DNA from: Callorhinchus milii
Taxonomy: Eukaryota
Length of the DNA: 64,000 nt
NCBI RefSeq assembly: GCF_018977255.1
Contig: NW_024704742.1
Span: forward strand, 54,624,001-54,688,000
Direction: 5' to 3'
Of the stretch, positions 23,386 through 35,771 are shown in pieces (the stretch's first letter is position 1; each line of letters begins with the position of its first letter). A program made the position numbers and the translations under genes. Below the pieces are notes generated by a model. It saw nothing but the letters and a program-made list of their open reading frames with translations. It was not told the origin of the DNA and did no database searches.

Positions 23386-24138
23386 AATAAACACCTGACT
23401 TGTTCACTGATACAGTTAACATTGCATTGTTCGATACAAGCTATGCTAAACAGAGATAGAGTACATTTTTGTCCAATTTACTGTTATTGGGACATCGAGC
23501 TCCTACAAATGTTTTTCTTAAGGACTCAGAGACGATGACACAGATACTTGTATCATTAAAGCTTATGGTCATGGACTAAATCCAAGCTGTGTTTCTGCGA
23601 TGATGAGAGAAGAGGTGCTGCAAGAGCTGGAGCTGCATTTTGTTTGATCCACATTTCAAGGATATCAGATTCCAAAACTGACACCAAAAGCAGGCTGCAC
23701 CATAAACTCCAGGACATTTTTCATATCATACCCACTCAATCATCTTGGAAGTTTTCCTCATCCTGAGATAAGATCGGGAACTAAAAATGTAACCCCATGT
23801 GATGTTTCATTAGATCAGAGAACTACATAGGTCTAACATAAATATTTAACAGATATAATTTTATCTTATAAAGCCAGCCACATGCATTTCGGGTAAGATA
23901 TTAAAACAGTGTAATGCACATCAAATATTGCATTTGAATTGGAATGAGAGATTCCAGGTTTGTACAACTGAGAAAAGCACTTCAAAATTAAGGTTCCAAA
24001 AATGATATGAGGATGGAGCAGGAATGTAGGATTAAATAGCTCTATTGAGAGAGTTGCATAAGTACAGGCAGATTGGTCCAAACGGCAGAAATGTGTTTAA
24101 TTCCATCGCAATTGTCCAACTGGAAAAAGTGGATAATG

Positions 24139-24280
24139 GGAGAGAGTGCACATTCCAGTCCAATACATGGGAATTTCCATGTGTAGGTGGGATACATGGA
24201 ACTCTCAATTTGGTTTAGTTGATTTTAAGCACGGTGATGGGTTTCCACATTTGTCAGACACCCAGCTGACCAAAAGAAAA
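24139..24280 (+). mobile_element. Unclassified A-tailed repeat, copy 4
   Basis: GGTGATGGGTTTCCACATTTGTCAGACACCCAGCTGACCAAAAGAAAA. Confidence 0.75.
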
Positions 24281-24905
24281 ATTAAACTTGATGATTGGCG
24301 TAAAAGTTATGTTTTTCTTTTATTGTTCGTTAAACTAGCAAATATCACCAGGTGTGTGCTTCCAGCTTATGGAAATTAATTAATGCTGCCATTAGTTTTG
24401 AATTGCAAATTTTTTCTCCCATTGAGACCAATTGTATTTAATCTCATTTCTGCTCTATGTGAGATCAGGTACCTCAGCACAGAATAATCAATGAACCTGT
24501 GATCGTAATCTTTGCATTTAATACTGTGTGTGTAATATCCTGTAGCTCAGCTTGACGCCATTCAATGTGTTTCTCCATTAAGTCGATTCGTATGAATGTT
24601 TTACTTCAATCTGTGGTGGCAAGATCTCTGTGACTAGAACTGTTAGCTCTTGCCTTCTGTGAGGTCCTGCCCGATAGCTAATGTACAGGCAGATTGGTCC
24701 GAGTGATTTAGTTTGTTAAAATGAACAAAATGAACAAAAAGCTTTTAATAGACCCATGCACCTATACATGAACTTATACTGTACTCAACTTAAACAAATG
24801 TTAAGAAATAAACTGACAGTTGTGGGAGCCAGAGCCACTCTGACACACTGACAGCTGCCCGCTCTGCGCAGGTGCAGTGTGTGTTGGTGAAGGTCCTCTC
24901 AGCCA

Positions 24906-24924
24906 CAGTGCCGCCTAGTGTCCC
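24906..24924 (-). promoter_or_regulatory. CTCF-like binding motif
   Basis: Minus strand reads GGGACACTAGGCGGCACTG. Confidence 0.5.
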
Positions 24925-25369
24925 TGGTAGACTCATGCCTATATAGTCATCCTGGATATCCAGTCACTGAGCTCTCTCCTTGGATTGACGGTACATTTTG
25001 ATGACCTATGATATGTGCTTAGTTTTGATGATATCATGTGGCTCATGCATCCACAAGATAACAAGAGAGGTTTGACTGAAGAAGCCTTTCTTGCCCATCT
25101 GATCTCATCCTTCACAGCATCAAGCTGTTTTTTAATTGAGTCTAGTTTCAGACTTTTTATAATAATAATAATATAATAATAATTTTTCTTTAAGCCCTTT
25201 TTTTAAAAAAAATTACAATAAAATTAGTTGCTGTAGCTTCTGAAAAGCCGAATTATTAATTTGCATTAAAATATATTTTTCCAAGATCATGAATATGTTT
25301 GATAAGCTAAATAAAGATTCACTAACAAGAAGGAATAAATAGAGATTACCATTATGAATCCATAACAAC

Positions 25370-25550
25370 ATTTAATAGGGAATTTGCTAAGTACTGGAGG
25401 AAAAATAATATTAAAGAAAATGAGGAAGGAGCAGGGAAATGGGATTAGAGCATAGCTCCCATGGGGGAGTTAGCAATAGCGCAGACATGATTGGTCAAAA
25501 AGCCTCCTTCTGTGCTGTAAACTTTCTATTACTATATGATTGCTATGTAA
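25370..25550 (+). mobile_element. CR1 3' end fragment
   Basis: GAGCAGGGAAATGGGATTAG...GCCTCCTTCTGTGCTGTAAACTTTCTAT. Confidence 0.7.
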
Positions 25551-27861
25551 GGTTCAGTTTATACTTCACACATTTTTCACCATGACAATGCAGACTGTTA
25601 ACCTTTTGTAACTGTGTCTTGGGTTGCCAACACAAGGGTGCAACCTCTCCATGTTAACATGAGTACATGACATGGGAGGTCAATAACCAATTACACAGCT
25701 AGTACAGAGGTAATAATGCAGCTGACATAATGTAGATAACTGGAGGCAGTTCTCCTTGTCCCCCAATCAAAGCATTACCTCAGGGGAGCGTCTACTTGGT
25801 CGTTTTACGAAGCTCCTGAATGTTCAATTGGACAAGGTGAAAATTCAGCACATGAGCAAAGAGCAATTGCTGGAATATCATTAAAGCCACAGTGTTTCAG
25901 AACTGCATTTTTTTCTTGCACAAATTGGGCCTAAAACGACCGACCAGTGACAGAAACATTACCTGCAAATCTACTTTGAAGCAGTTGAACTTTTTGTAGC
26001 AGAGATCAATATCAGCCACACACAGTTTGTTTGCTTACAACACACTTCTGTTCCTTGCCTCAGGTTCCTGCCAATCAAAAAACAAGAAGCTGAGGTAAAA
26101 GATTATGTCAAGCAGACTCAGTTGCTCTGGCAGGAACGGAGGCTGTTTTAAGCATTTTGAGTGTAGAAAGCTTTTATAGTATGTCCAATCCCTGTGTTGT
26201 GACAATACACTGTTAACAAAATAATGTATCCAGTTTTCAGGAACTCACACTAACCAAAATCCAGTGAACCCAATGCCAATCCCAGAATTTTGCCTATTTT
26301 TTTTGATTTCCACCATTATCTTTATTTAATGTATCCCTAAAAATTGAATCTCACATATAATTGACCTTGCCAAAAATAATTAATCGTCCCAACTTGTCAC
26401 TTACTCACTTGACACAGGTTTTCCTCAGCATTGTTTGTGATAATGTAAAATCATGCTGATGTTACAAAGTTATAAAACAGTTAATGTAATGGTTTTGGTT
26501 AGCTAGAAAATTATAACATTTCTCCCAATGTTCCCTTAAAAAAAGAACTGACAATTTAAAGGCCTTGCCCAATGAAACAGTGGAGGTTTACAAAGTAGTG
26601 CTTAAAGGTTTAACAATCAGTTCTTGTTTTCAGTTTGGTTCATATTTTTAGTTCACAATTGTAAAATATGAAACAACAGTAACTTTTTTTTAGGCGTGAC
26701 GAATCCTTTGCCATCAATTCCCTATGAGACCAAAAACAGGATATTACTTAGAGGAAAGTCAAGGAATTTATTAGAAAAATGAAATTAAATTGAAAGAATC
26801 ACTGCACTAGGGCAAAAAGTACATTCCCCACAACATTGTAAAATAAGATGATTGGTCATTTTTAACCTACCCTTTGGTACTGCAAAAGAAGCCAACCATT
26901 CACTGCCATGATGAGTCTCCCTGCTGGAAAAGGTCTAATAAGGAAATGGACATTCTGGTCCAAGCTCCCACTTGCTCATCATGATATTATATGGGAATTG
27001 GCATCTCTCTTATTTCTGTATGCCAGTCATAGCATTTAAATCCAAATAAAGTGCTTAATGTTGGCTGGGACTCAACCCCATTTGTACCGATCTCAGTAAT
27101 TGTTCAGGAATACTAGAAACAATGCCAGTCCCTGCTTTAGATAACAAGAGGCAGCCAAAGATGAACCCACTCATAAACCTCTTAAATGGGTCTATTCCAT
27201 TCAGGAGTCTTAACATGGCCACATCCAACAGGCTTCTGGTCCACGTTAAAAAGTTGGAATTTTTCCAATCAGGCAAAAGAAATGATAAATTACTTTTGCT
27301 GTATGTATGGAGCTAATACTTTAGATGAAAAAGTTTCCATATCGTTCCCATACCTCTACCCACAACACCCCAATCAAGTACTATTCTCTGTTAGCCTAAA
27401 CTAGAGACCAGAGTGTAGTAAGAAGATCCAAACATAACTAGTAAATTTACAAAGTAAATGCAAATGACCCTGCTCCACATAACAAGAGGCAGCCAAAGAT
27501 GAACCCACTCATGAACCTCTGAAATTGGACTTTCCAATTCAAGAGACTTAACATGGATGTAAAAGGCGCTATACCAAATGTTTGCAAGTAAGTACATAGA
27601 GTTATGATATGAGTTGAGTTTCTGACAATGTTATGTGTCATTAAAGGACAATATGAAAATGAGAAGAATTTATTGGTTTATATTGGGATGTGTGAAATGC
27701 TGGCAGGGACAATATCCCTGGTTCCCCTGAGCAGCTGGTGATAGGACTTTCCTTGTGGCACAAGCTAGGAACTTTTCTGTCAAGGATTTTCTTACAAATA
27801 GCAGCTTGCATGGACATTTCAGAGGATGTCAAGAATGAACCACATAATGTGGGTCTGGAGT

Positions 27862-27945
27862 TGTGATAGAGAGAGGTGTGATAGAGAGAGGTGTGATAGA
27901 GAGAGGTGTGATAGAGAGAGGTGTGATAGAGAGAGAGAGATAGAG
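27862..27945. repeat. 15-bp minisatellite (GTGTGATAGAGAGAG) x about 5
   Basis: Direct reading. It explains the repeated SLYHT in ORF 27641..27994. Confidence 0.95.
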
Positions 27946-29094
27946 CTTTAGCTCTTTGCATGTGGTTTGCACATCGTGCATAATACACCTTCACTCTGTT
28001 TTGCTAGATATGGTATCACAGGTGGTCACAATTCTTTGGCATCAGCCACTTGTGGTCATTCTTCATGTGTGAACTTTGATCTTTTATACAGAAACATAAA
28101 TATCATCAGTATTAGGGGTTGAATTGTAAAATACTGTAAAATAGTGATCATGGGAAAACCATTTAACTTGAGACAGGGGACATCACAGTTAAGCCTGATA
28201 CTATCCTCATCACACAGACATGCACACACACATGAACACAAACTCACACTTGTACTAAATTAATTCAGTACAGACCAGAGATCAATTCTGAGATCTTCCT
28301 GGTCTGTATGTCTCCATTTCAGACTTGACAGCAGCTTTACCAACTGAGCCAGTGTGATATTTATGCTATTCTGGGCACCCAAAATAAAAGTCTTCTAAAT
28401 ATAATTGTTGTTCTTGCCGCCCTGCATTATGCTGAAGTTTGTGGCTGTCAGAGATGCAATGTGATTTCATGAATCTCAGCTAAAACTGCTCAGTGAGAAC
28501 TTTAATGTCAGAGCTGGCATTTTCAACATTTCTCTAATAAAGGTATGGTCACCTCAATCCAGCCATCACTACAACAAATTGAACCACAACACTATTCATT
28601 TCTGGTTAGAACATACCACAAATACAACTTGTAACTCCAGCATCTAAAGCACTCAGTGTACGAGTGGATCATGATGTTTTATTGTTTAATTCTCTCGTCT
28701 CAAATGTATTTAATCATTTTACACATCAATATCAGAGATGGGAACAATTTGTAAACTTGGCAGAGAAACTTAATTGAACTCGGTTGTATTTTCTGTTGCA
28801 TCATTAGCATAAGATAAGCACAGTGCAAGACTGTTTTGTTCCTCAGATGTTAGTGGCGTGCAAACTAGAAATATCAGGAACACAACAATATCCTGAATTG
28901 AAAAGTCTTAAAGTATAATAGAATACAAGTTACATTTATACAGCACTCAGGAGGACATCTTAAAGAGCTTGACTAAGCTGGGGAGCCACCTGAGCTGGGG
29001 GAACAAAAGTAGTTTTTGCTTATTCTACTGCTAGCTCATGATAAAGTTCTCAAAGTGTAACATAACAACTCTGGTGATAATACAATGAGATACT

Positions 29095-29490
29095 GATGCA
29101 CTCTCGTCTCTGAGTTAGAAGGTTATGAGTTTGGGCTCCACATCAGTTCTTTGAGCTCATTCAAAGTGACCCTCCAGTATCGTGCTGGGAGAGTCCTGCA
29201 TTGTCAGAGGTGCTATCTTTCAGATGTGATATTAAAATGAAGTCCCGTCTGCCTGTTTTGAAGAAAGATTCCATGGCACTATTTAAAAAGAGAAGGGAGT
29301 TAATTTACCACCCGGATAAAACATTAGTGATTGGTGAGTCATTCCATGCCTATTTATGGGTCATTACTGTGTGCACATTGGCTGACTCATTCGCAAACAA
29401 ATACACAGTGACTCCACTTTACAGAAAACTTTGTAAAGAGGTGTTTTGATGTGTTATTGCACAATATCAAATGCATGGAATATTATTATA
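29095..29490 (+). mobile_element. Deu-domain SINE (old)
   Basis: GCACTCTCGTCTCTGAGTTAGAAGGTT head, AAAGATTCCATGGCACTATTT core, L2-type tail. Confidence 0.75.
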
Positions 29491-29520
29491 TAGATATGAT
29501 TATGATTTACCAAATCTTAC

Positions 29521-29834
29521 GGAGTCCTGTAGCTCAGTGGTTAGAGCACTCGCTTTGCAAGCGAGAGACCTGAGTTCAATTCCAGGCAGGGCAAAACCTT
29601 GGACAAGTTTGCTTACTCCACACGCCTAATAATAATCCCTCCAAAAAACAAAACAATAATAAATTGGTCATTTTCAATCCACGACTATTTGTGGAACACT
29701 GCTGTGCACAATTAGCTGCCACGTTTCGCCCACAAATATACAGTCAGTTCACTTTACAGTATGTTCTGTGAAGCGCTTTGAGACGTCTAGAAGACGTGAA
29801 AAGCGCTATATCAAATGCAGGATTATTATTATTA
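29521..29834 (+). mobile_element. Full-length young tRNA-derived SINE (short subfamily)
   Basis: GGAGTCCTGTAGCTCAGTGGTTAGAGC head, (TTA)n tail, TSD CTTAC at 29516-29520 and 29835-29839. Confidence 0.92.
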
Positions 29835-30062
29835 CTTACTGATGTGGCATTAAGTGAGGTCCACCACTAGAGGTCATGTAACAGTGAAAATTGTTTCATA
29901 AAATTGATATTACAAGGAAACTTTCTTACAGAATTCAATATAAAAAATGCGTCTTAGTTCAGAGATTAAAGTTATGAATTTGTGCTAACCCTAAATTCTT
30001 ACTCAAATATTATTTTCCCCACAACCTATCCTTTATTTAAATAAATTAAATAAATAACAATA

Positions 30063-30385
30063 ATTTGGTCACTCAATCCATGACTGTTTGTGGGACACTG
30101 CTATGCGCAATTGGCTGCCGCATTTCGCCCACAAAATGTACAGTCAATTCACTTTACAATATAATATTAATAATAATCCTTGCATTTAATATCACCTTAT
30201 CACATATCAAGACAACAACAACTTGCACTTATATCGCACCCTCCACACAAGATAGTGTCTCAGAGAGCTTCAGAGAATATACTGTAAAGTGAATTGACTG
30301 TATATTTTGTGGGCAAAATGCAGCAGCCAATTTGTTCACAGCAATGTCCCACAAACAACCATGGAAGGAATGACCAATTTTATTT
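30063..30385. mobile_element. Two oppositely oriented SINE 3' fragments
   Basis: 30063-30158 (+) and 30165-30385 (-) are both homologous to the SINE at 29521. Confidence 0.8.
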
Positions 30386-32267
30386 GGAGGGTGTAAATTT
30401 GTGTCTTGCCACTCTATAGTGAATGGGTTAAGCTACCATCACCTTACCTTCTGAGCTGTATCTCTTAAAACATTTTATATTATATTCAATGAGTTGAGTA
30501 AATATATTATCCTAATTTTGCCTACAAAATACAGTCACTACACTTCACAGTAAAATCTTGTGAAGCAGTTTGAGACAATCTTGATGACGTGATAAGGTGC
30601 TATAGCAAATGCAAGTATTATTATTTATAATTTCCGTGTAACTCCATGATATTGCATTTTAATATTCATAGTTTTGATTTCCTCAATCATTTGTTGTTTA
30701 GCTCCGTGTGCTATTATCAGCACCTAGGGACATCCTCCCAACATGAAAGGCACTAAATCCAATTTGTTTGTTTGTTGTTGTTTTGGTTGAACCCCATCAA
30801 TCAATCATCTCATTCCTCATCAGTCGATTCCTATGGTTTACTTATATCATTATTTCTCTCGCATGGTAGCACATCTCTTCTGACAATTTGTTTTGTGTAA
30901 TTTAGTTGATCGCAAGCATATTGTATTGTATTTCACCAACACCAGCATCATCTGATTATGACACTCGAGTTGGTATCTCATCTCATAATCTCTGCCCTCA
31001 GGGCCAGTTAATGGAATCATTTGTGAAATAGGGATTGGGGAAAACAAGTTATTCCTGTCACTTCACCAGCTAGAGGCCTGACTCTCATTACTTGCAGAAT
31101 GAAGAATATAATTCCCTCTTGGTAGTTGTCCTATAACTAGTGGCTTTCCAGTCATAATTGGAAATTATTATACAAATCCCTCAGGCTAGTTGGTCTCTGA
31201 TTAGACCTGAGTTGAGTCACAAACAAGAGTGCATCCTGTTCCCGCGGGTTTGGTTGGAGCTTCCAGGTCTTTGTAAAAGGGGACAGCACAATGCAAGAAT
31301 GTTAAGGGAGCACCAAAACTTACTTAGAAAAACAGTTCCAAAAAACAGCAGTACAATGAACTTAGAGGTTCATGTTTCTACCTCACCCCCGCAAACAGCT
31401 CATTTTTAGACTTTATTGTCTTTTTTTCCCAAATGTTCAAAAAGGGAAGAGAGGGGGAAGAGAATGCGAATGCACATTTTCCCTCTTGTCAACTTTGACA
31501 GGTTGTTGGCATTGTTTCCTGATTAATGTCTCACTTATGTCAAGTTTGGAACATTTACCAATTTTCTACTCTTTCAATTGATCTAAAATAACAAAATAAT
31601 TGTTGAAAATTTAGATAATTAAGAGTGAAAATAATGTTCGTACTGTTTGGAAATTAAAATATTAAGACCAGACAGGTATTGTAAAATCTTAATAAAACTG
31701 TCCAATCACGGACGGAAGGAATATGTGTTTAAACAAATGTTTTCACTTTGTTCCACAGAGAGATTAGCCCTAACATTCTTGTCACAGCATAACCCATACT
31801 TGCCTGGGACTTGACAGTGTCACAAGTTGATATCTTCATAGATGTTTAGTGTGAATGTGAGCAGTTCCAGCATTCGGTTGTTTTGGTAAGACATAAAGAT
31901 GTGTTGGGTGGCTGTCAGCAAAACGTTCAAGAAGACGACTATAAAAGTCAACTTATGAAAGAACACAGTCGTCATTTGAATGCTACTTTATAAGGTGTAC
32001 GTGAGACAAATTAGCTATTTAACACTCCTATAATTCCAAATGATAGGTTATAGAGTTCCATTATGGAATGATTTTGCCTCAATCCTCTGCCTCGCACCCC
32101 ACTACCCTTTTATCTTTAAATCCCACTTTAAAATCTACCTCTTCAACCAGACCTATGATCACCTCCCACAACTCCCTTGTTCAGCACCAACGCTTCCTCT
32201 ATGCAGAGCTCTTGCATTAAAGGCACTACGTAAATCCAAATTGCTTTTATTGTTTTTGTTGTTAGTG

Positions 32268-32450
32268 TGTCAGCCTGGCTCAGTTGGTAGCACTTGTATC
32301 TGAGTCATAAGGTTGTGGGTTTAAGCCCCATGTCAGGACTTGGAACCCATATAGTCTAGGCCATCACTCCAGTCCAGTACTGGGGTTATGCTGCATTGTT
32401 GGAGGTGCCAATTTTCAAGGTAGATACTAAACCATATCTCATCTGCCTCT
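32268..32450 (+). mobile_element. Deu-type SINE 5' part
   Basis: GTCAGCCTGGCTCAGTTGGTAGCAC...CTGAGTCATAAGGTTGTGGGTTTAAGCCCC. Confidence 0.75.
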
Positions 32451-33914
32451 TCTCAGCATTTCATTCAAAGCACCTCATCTTCAACAATGCAACACTTCTC
32501 CATCACTTCTCTAGAGGGGCAGCCAGTTCAGAGTGGGTCTTGAACTCACAACCTTCAGATATGGATATCTAAAGGACATGAGAGGGCATGATTGTGGTGG
32601 GCCACTAATATATAGCTTGCCAGCACTCATTGTGAAGGCTCGCATTTAACGAATGACCACTTGGGCAAGTTAGCAGAGGGCAATCAACATCTAAAGAACT
32701 GTATTCTAGCAGAAGGAAAAATGGAAAAAGGGTCAAATGAAGAGAAGGGAAAATATACGGCAAACTATTTAAAGGCACAGTTGTACCCAAAATACAAAAT
32801 GAATTCTTGACCTCAAATTCTGATGCATTTCTGAAGTTCGAGTCCAACCACTGTGTCTTCTGTAACAATACCAAGTTAATCATCCTTCAACTGCAATGTG
32901 AGGATTGTACTCTTTGTAAAATTGCTCAAAACTTTGATAGAGCGCAATGTAATTTGAAGGAGCAATATTCTGCACAGCCCCTGGGTTATCCATCCTTAAC
33001 AGCCATCTGCTACAGTGGTTTGGTCCTTCCTGCTTCCCAAAGCTAATATATAGGGCTATATATATCTTCCAAAGAGGTGCCAAATTTAGTATTGAGAGCA
33101 ATATTTTACTCAAACAGAATTTTGAGGTGGTTAGCATTAGGGATTTCAAACAAAGATTTATAGTGATATTCTCTTTCATTTATTTTTATCTAATATCCTT
33201 TGGGGCCCAATCATACAGCTACAGGGAAGTAAGACCTATTGCAAAAAAAGAGGAACGGACTAGTAAAATAAATTACCAAAATAGGCCATTGAAGCACACA
33301 ATGTATGATTAGTTCAAAAAATAGCTTAGCATGTTTGTAGAAAGACAAGGGTTGAAAGATAGAGTGAGAAGCAGATAGCTGGGTTGGGAAATGTCAAAAC
33401 GAGATGGGTTTAATGGTCCTAAATAATATCATGTGTCCAATTGTTCTTATGAAATATTCTCATTCTCTTAGATACAAATTCAATGCTATACCATCATTTT
33501 CTTACTTGACAGAAATTGAGAGGAAGTCAAGATTTGAATTTCTGGATAATTAATCTGCCTAAATTAATTATTGAAAATAACTTTATTTAATTTAATAGAT
33601 TGAATTACCACTGGTGCTAAATCTACATATATAAATGCACTAAACTGTACCACTGTTATTAAACGCCTGAAAGATTTCTTGCGTTTGATGGGCTAAATAC
33701 TTTTCCATCATGAAAGACTATTTCATGCCAATTGAATTGCCTTTGTGCATGTTGATGTGTTGGACAAGTATCTTGCAAAATTGTTGACATTTTCTTTCAT
33801 TCACAACATTTGCACACCTGCAAAGAACCCCACCAACGATTTTTATACTAATTGTTATCTAGTTCAAATCATTATTGTCTACAGCAAAATAAAAGCAATC
33901 GTCTTGATTTTCTT

Positions 33915-34255
33915 TTTCTTAATCAATAAGGTAGATGTTTATAAGCTGTTTCCACTTGTTGGTGAGTCCAAAATGAGAGGGAATGAATGTAAAATAGCTA
34001 AAAGTAGATCTAATCAGGAGTTTAAGAGAAACTTCTTCAACCAGAGTGTGGTGAGAATGTGCAAATCGCTGTCAGAAGCTGTGGTTGAACCAAAGAACAT
34101 CAGTATTTAAGAGAAAACTTGATATATATATATGAGGGAGAAGGAAATAGAGGGGTATAGGCAAGGGGTTTACGAGGATTGGGAGCTCATGTGGACTGCT
34201 AACAGGCCCAAATGGCCTAATTTCATGCCATATCGTTCTATGTAATTCTATGCTT
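33915..34255 (+). mobile_element. CR1 3' fragment
   Basis: Encodes KVDVYKLFPLVGESKMRG...RNFFNQSVVRM. Has a TTCTATG tail. Confidence 0.85.
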
Positions 34256-35418
34256 ATTTGGATTTCCTATCTTCCCTGACCTAGGTTTAGACTACATAAA
34301 AATGTAAAGTGTATGAACAAGAAAACATTATTTTACGTATTTGGGTAAAAATTCAGTTCAGCATTAATCACAGTGCTTTTGATGATGCAGACCAATAATG
34401 TGAAATCCCATTAAAGGTCAACATTACGAAGACAATGCGTATAATCCTGAACAGATTTTTTAACCTGTTGAATTTGGATTTTCCCTAATATATTTAATCC
34501 CCAATAGCCACAGATAAAGCTGCCAAGAAGAGAAAAACTACAATGTTTCCCTCTAATTGGATATCCTTATCCTTGTCTCTTCCCTCTCACATAACACTCA
34601 GCTGCACTCTTTTCTGTGGTCTTGTCTTGTTGGGGTTTCAAAATGTTGCTCCATTGCTGGTTTACTTTGATAATTAAATCCCTCAACGTCAATGATAAAA
34701 CGAACAAAAAAGTAAATCAAATCACAAACAAACTTCTGATGTTTTTGTGTTATGGCAATAGGTAAGAATTATTCACAGACCACATTTAATGAAATAATAT
34801 GTAACACAGTATGTTACTGAAACAGTTAACACTGTTTATAAAGCATTTCATGAGTGCTTTTATCACATGCCACTTAAGATGAATAGTCTAATAAACCAAA
34901 CATCAATATCATAGCACCTGCATGGAAATTGTACAGTTGCGTCAGATGCCGTTTCAAGGTAAACTTAGGTTAGCTTAAGTAACATTAAACGCTGCTAAAA
35001 CTGCACCTGGGAAAACTCTAAATTTCCAAACGATTAAATTAAACTCCTGTATATATGAAGTAGCAACTGATAGTCAATAAAGTCAAGTTAATAACATATT
35101 TAAAATATTAAAAGTTATGCTTAATAATTAAAATGTTAATTATCTCTCGTTTGTTCAAGATCAATTTCCCATGTAATAATATAACTCTTGTATTTGATAT
35201 TGCACCTTTCACATTAGGAGTATGTAAAACAGTACACTGTAAATATTATGGCTGTATTTTGTAGATAAATACAGCAGCCAATTTGTGCACAGTAATGTCC
35301 TACAACAGCCATGATGTGACTGATGATTTTTTTCTGGGCATTGCTGGCTAGGACACTGGGAGAAACTCCTTTACTTCCAACCCTGTTAGGATTGGAATCA
35401 TTAGCTTTCCATACAGTT

Positions 35419-35771
35419 ATAATAATAATAATTATCCTTGCATTTGATATAACGCCTTATCACATTTTCGAGTCGTCTCAAAGCGCTTCACAGAATATAC
35501 TGTAAAGTGAATTGACTATATTTTGTGGGTGAAACACGGGAGCCAATTGTGCACAGCAGTGTCCTACAAACAGTTATGGATTGAGTGACTAATTTATATA
35601 TTTTTTAAGGAATTATTACCCCTGGAAAAGCGATCCGCCAATCAACTAACAACCGGGTTCCTACTTACTGTTAGGTAAACAGAGGCATGTGGAGTAAGGA
35701 AATGTGCCAGAAATCGAACCCAGGTTCCTTGCCTGTGAGGTGATGCTCTAACCACTGAGCCACGGGACTCC
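35419..35771 (-). mobile_element. tRNA-derived SINE, long subfamily
   Basis: Same head and tail as the copy at 29521, plus an extra internal block CTGTTTACCTAACAGTAAGTAGGAACCCGGTTGTTAGTTGATTGGCGG. Confidence 0.88.

Noticed and set aside
23521..23830. Reading frame of about 100 codons with a single internal TGA
   Set aside because: No homology recognised and no SECIS seen. Compatible with chance.
27862..27945. CRISPR-like or coding repeat
   Set aside because: Head-to-tail minisatellite without spacers in eukaryotic DNA.
29521..29595. tRNA-Ala(TGC) gene
   Set aside because: It has A/B boxes and an anticodon arm but no complete acceptor stem, and continues into a multi-copy SINE body with tail and TSD.
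34735..34768. AG|GTAAG recursive-splice-like site (also CAG|GTGAG near 40625)
   Set aside because: Weak polypyrimidine tracts, unknown transcription strand, and expected by chance in 64 kb.
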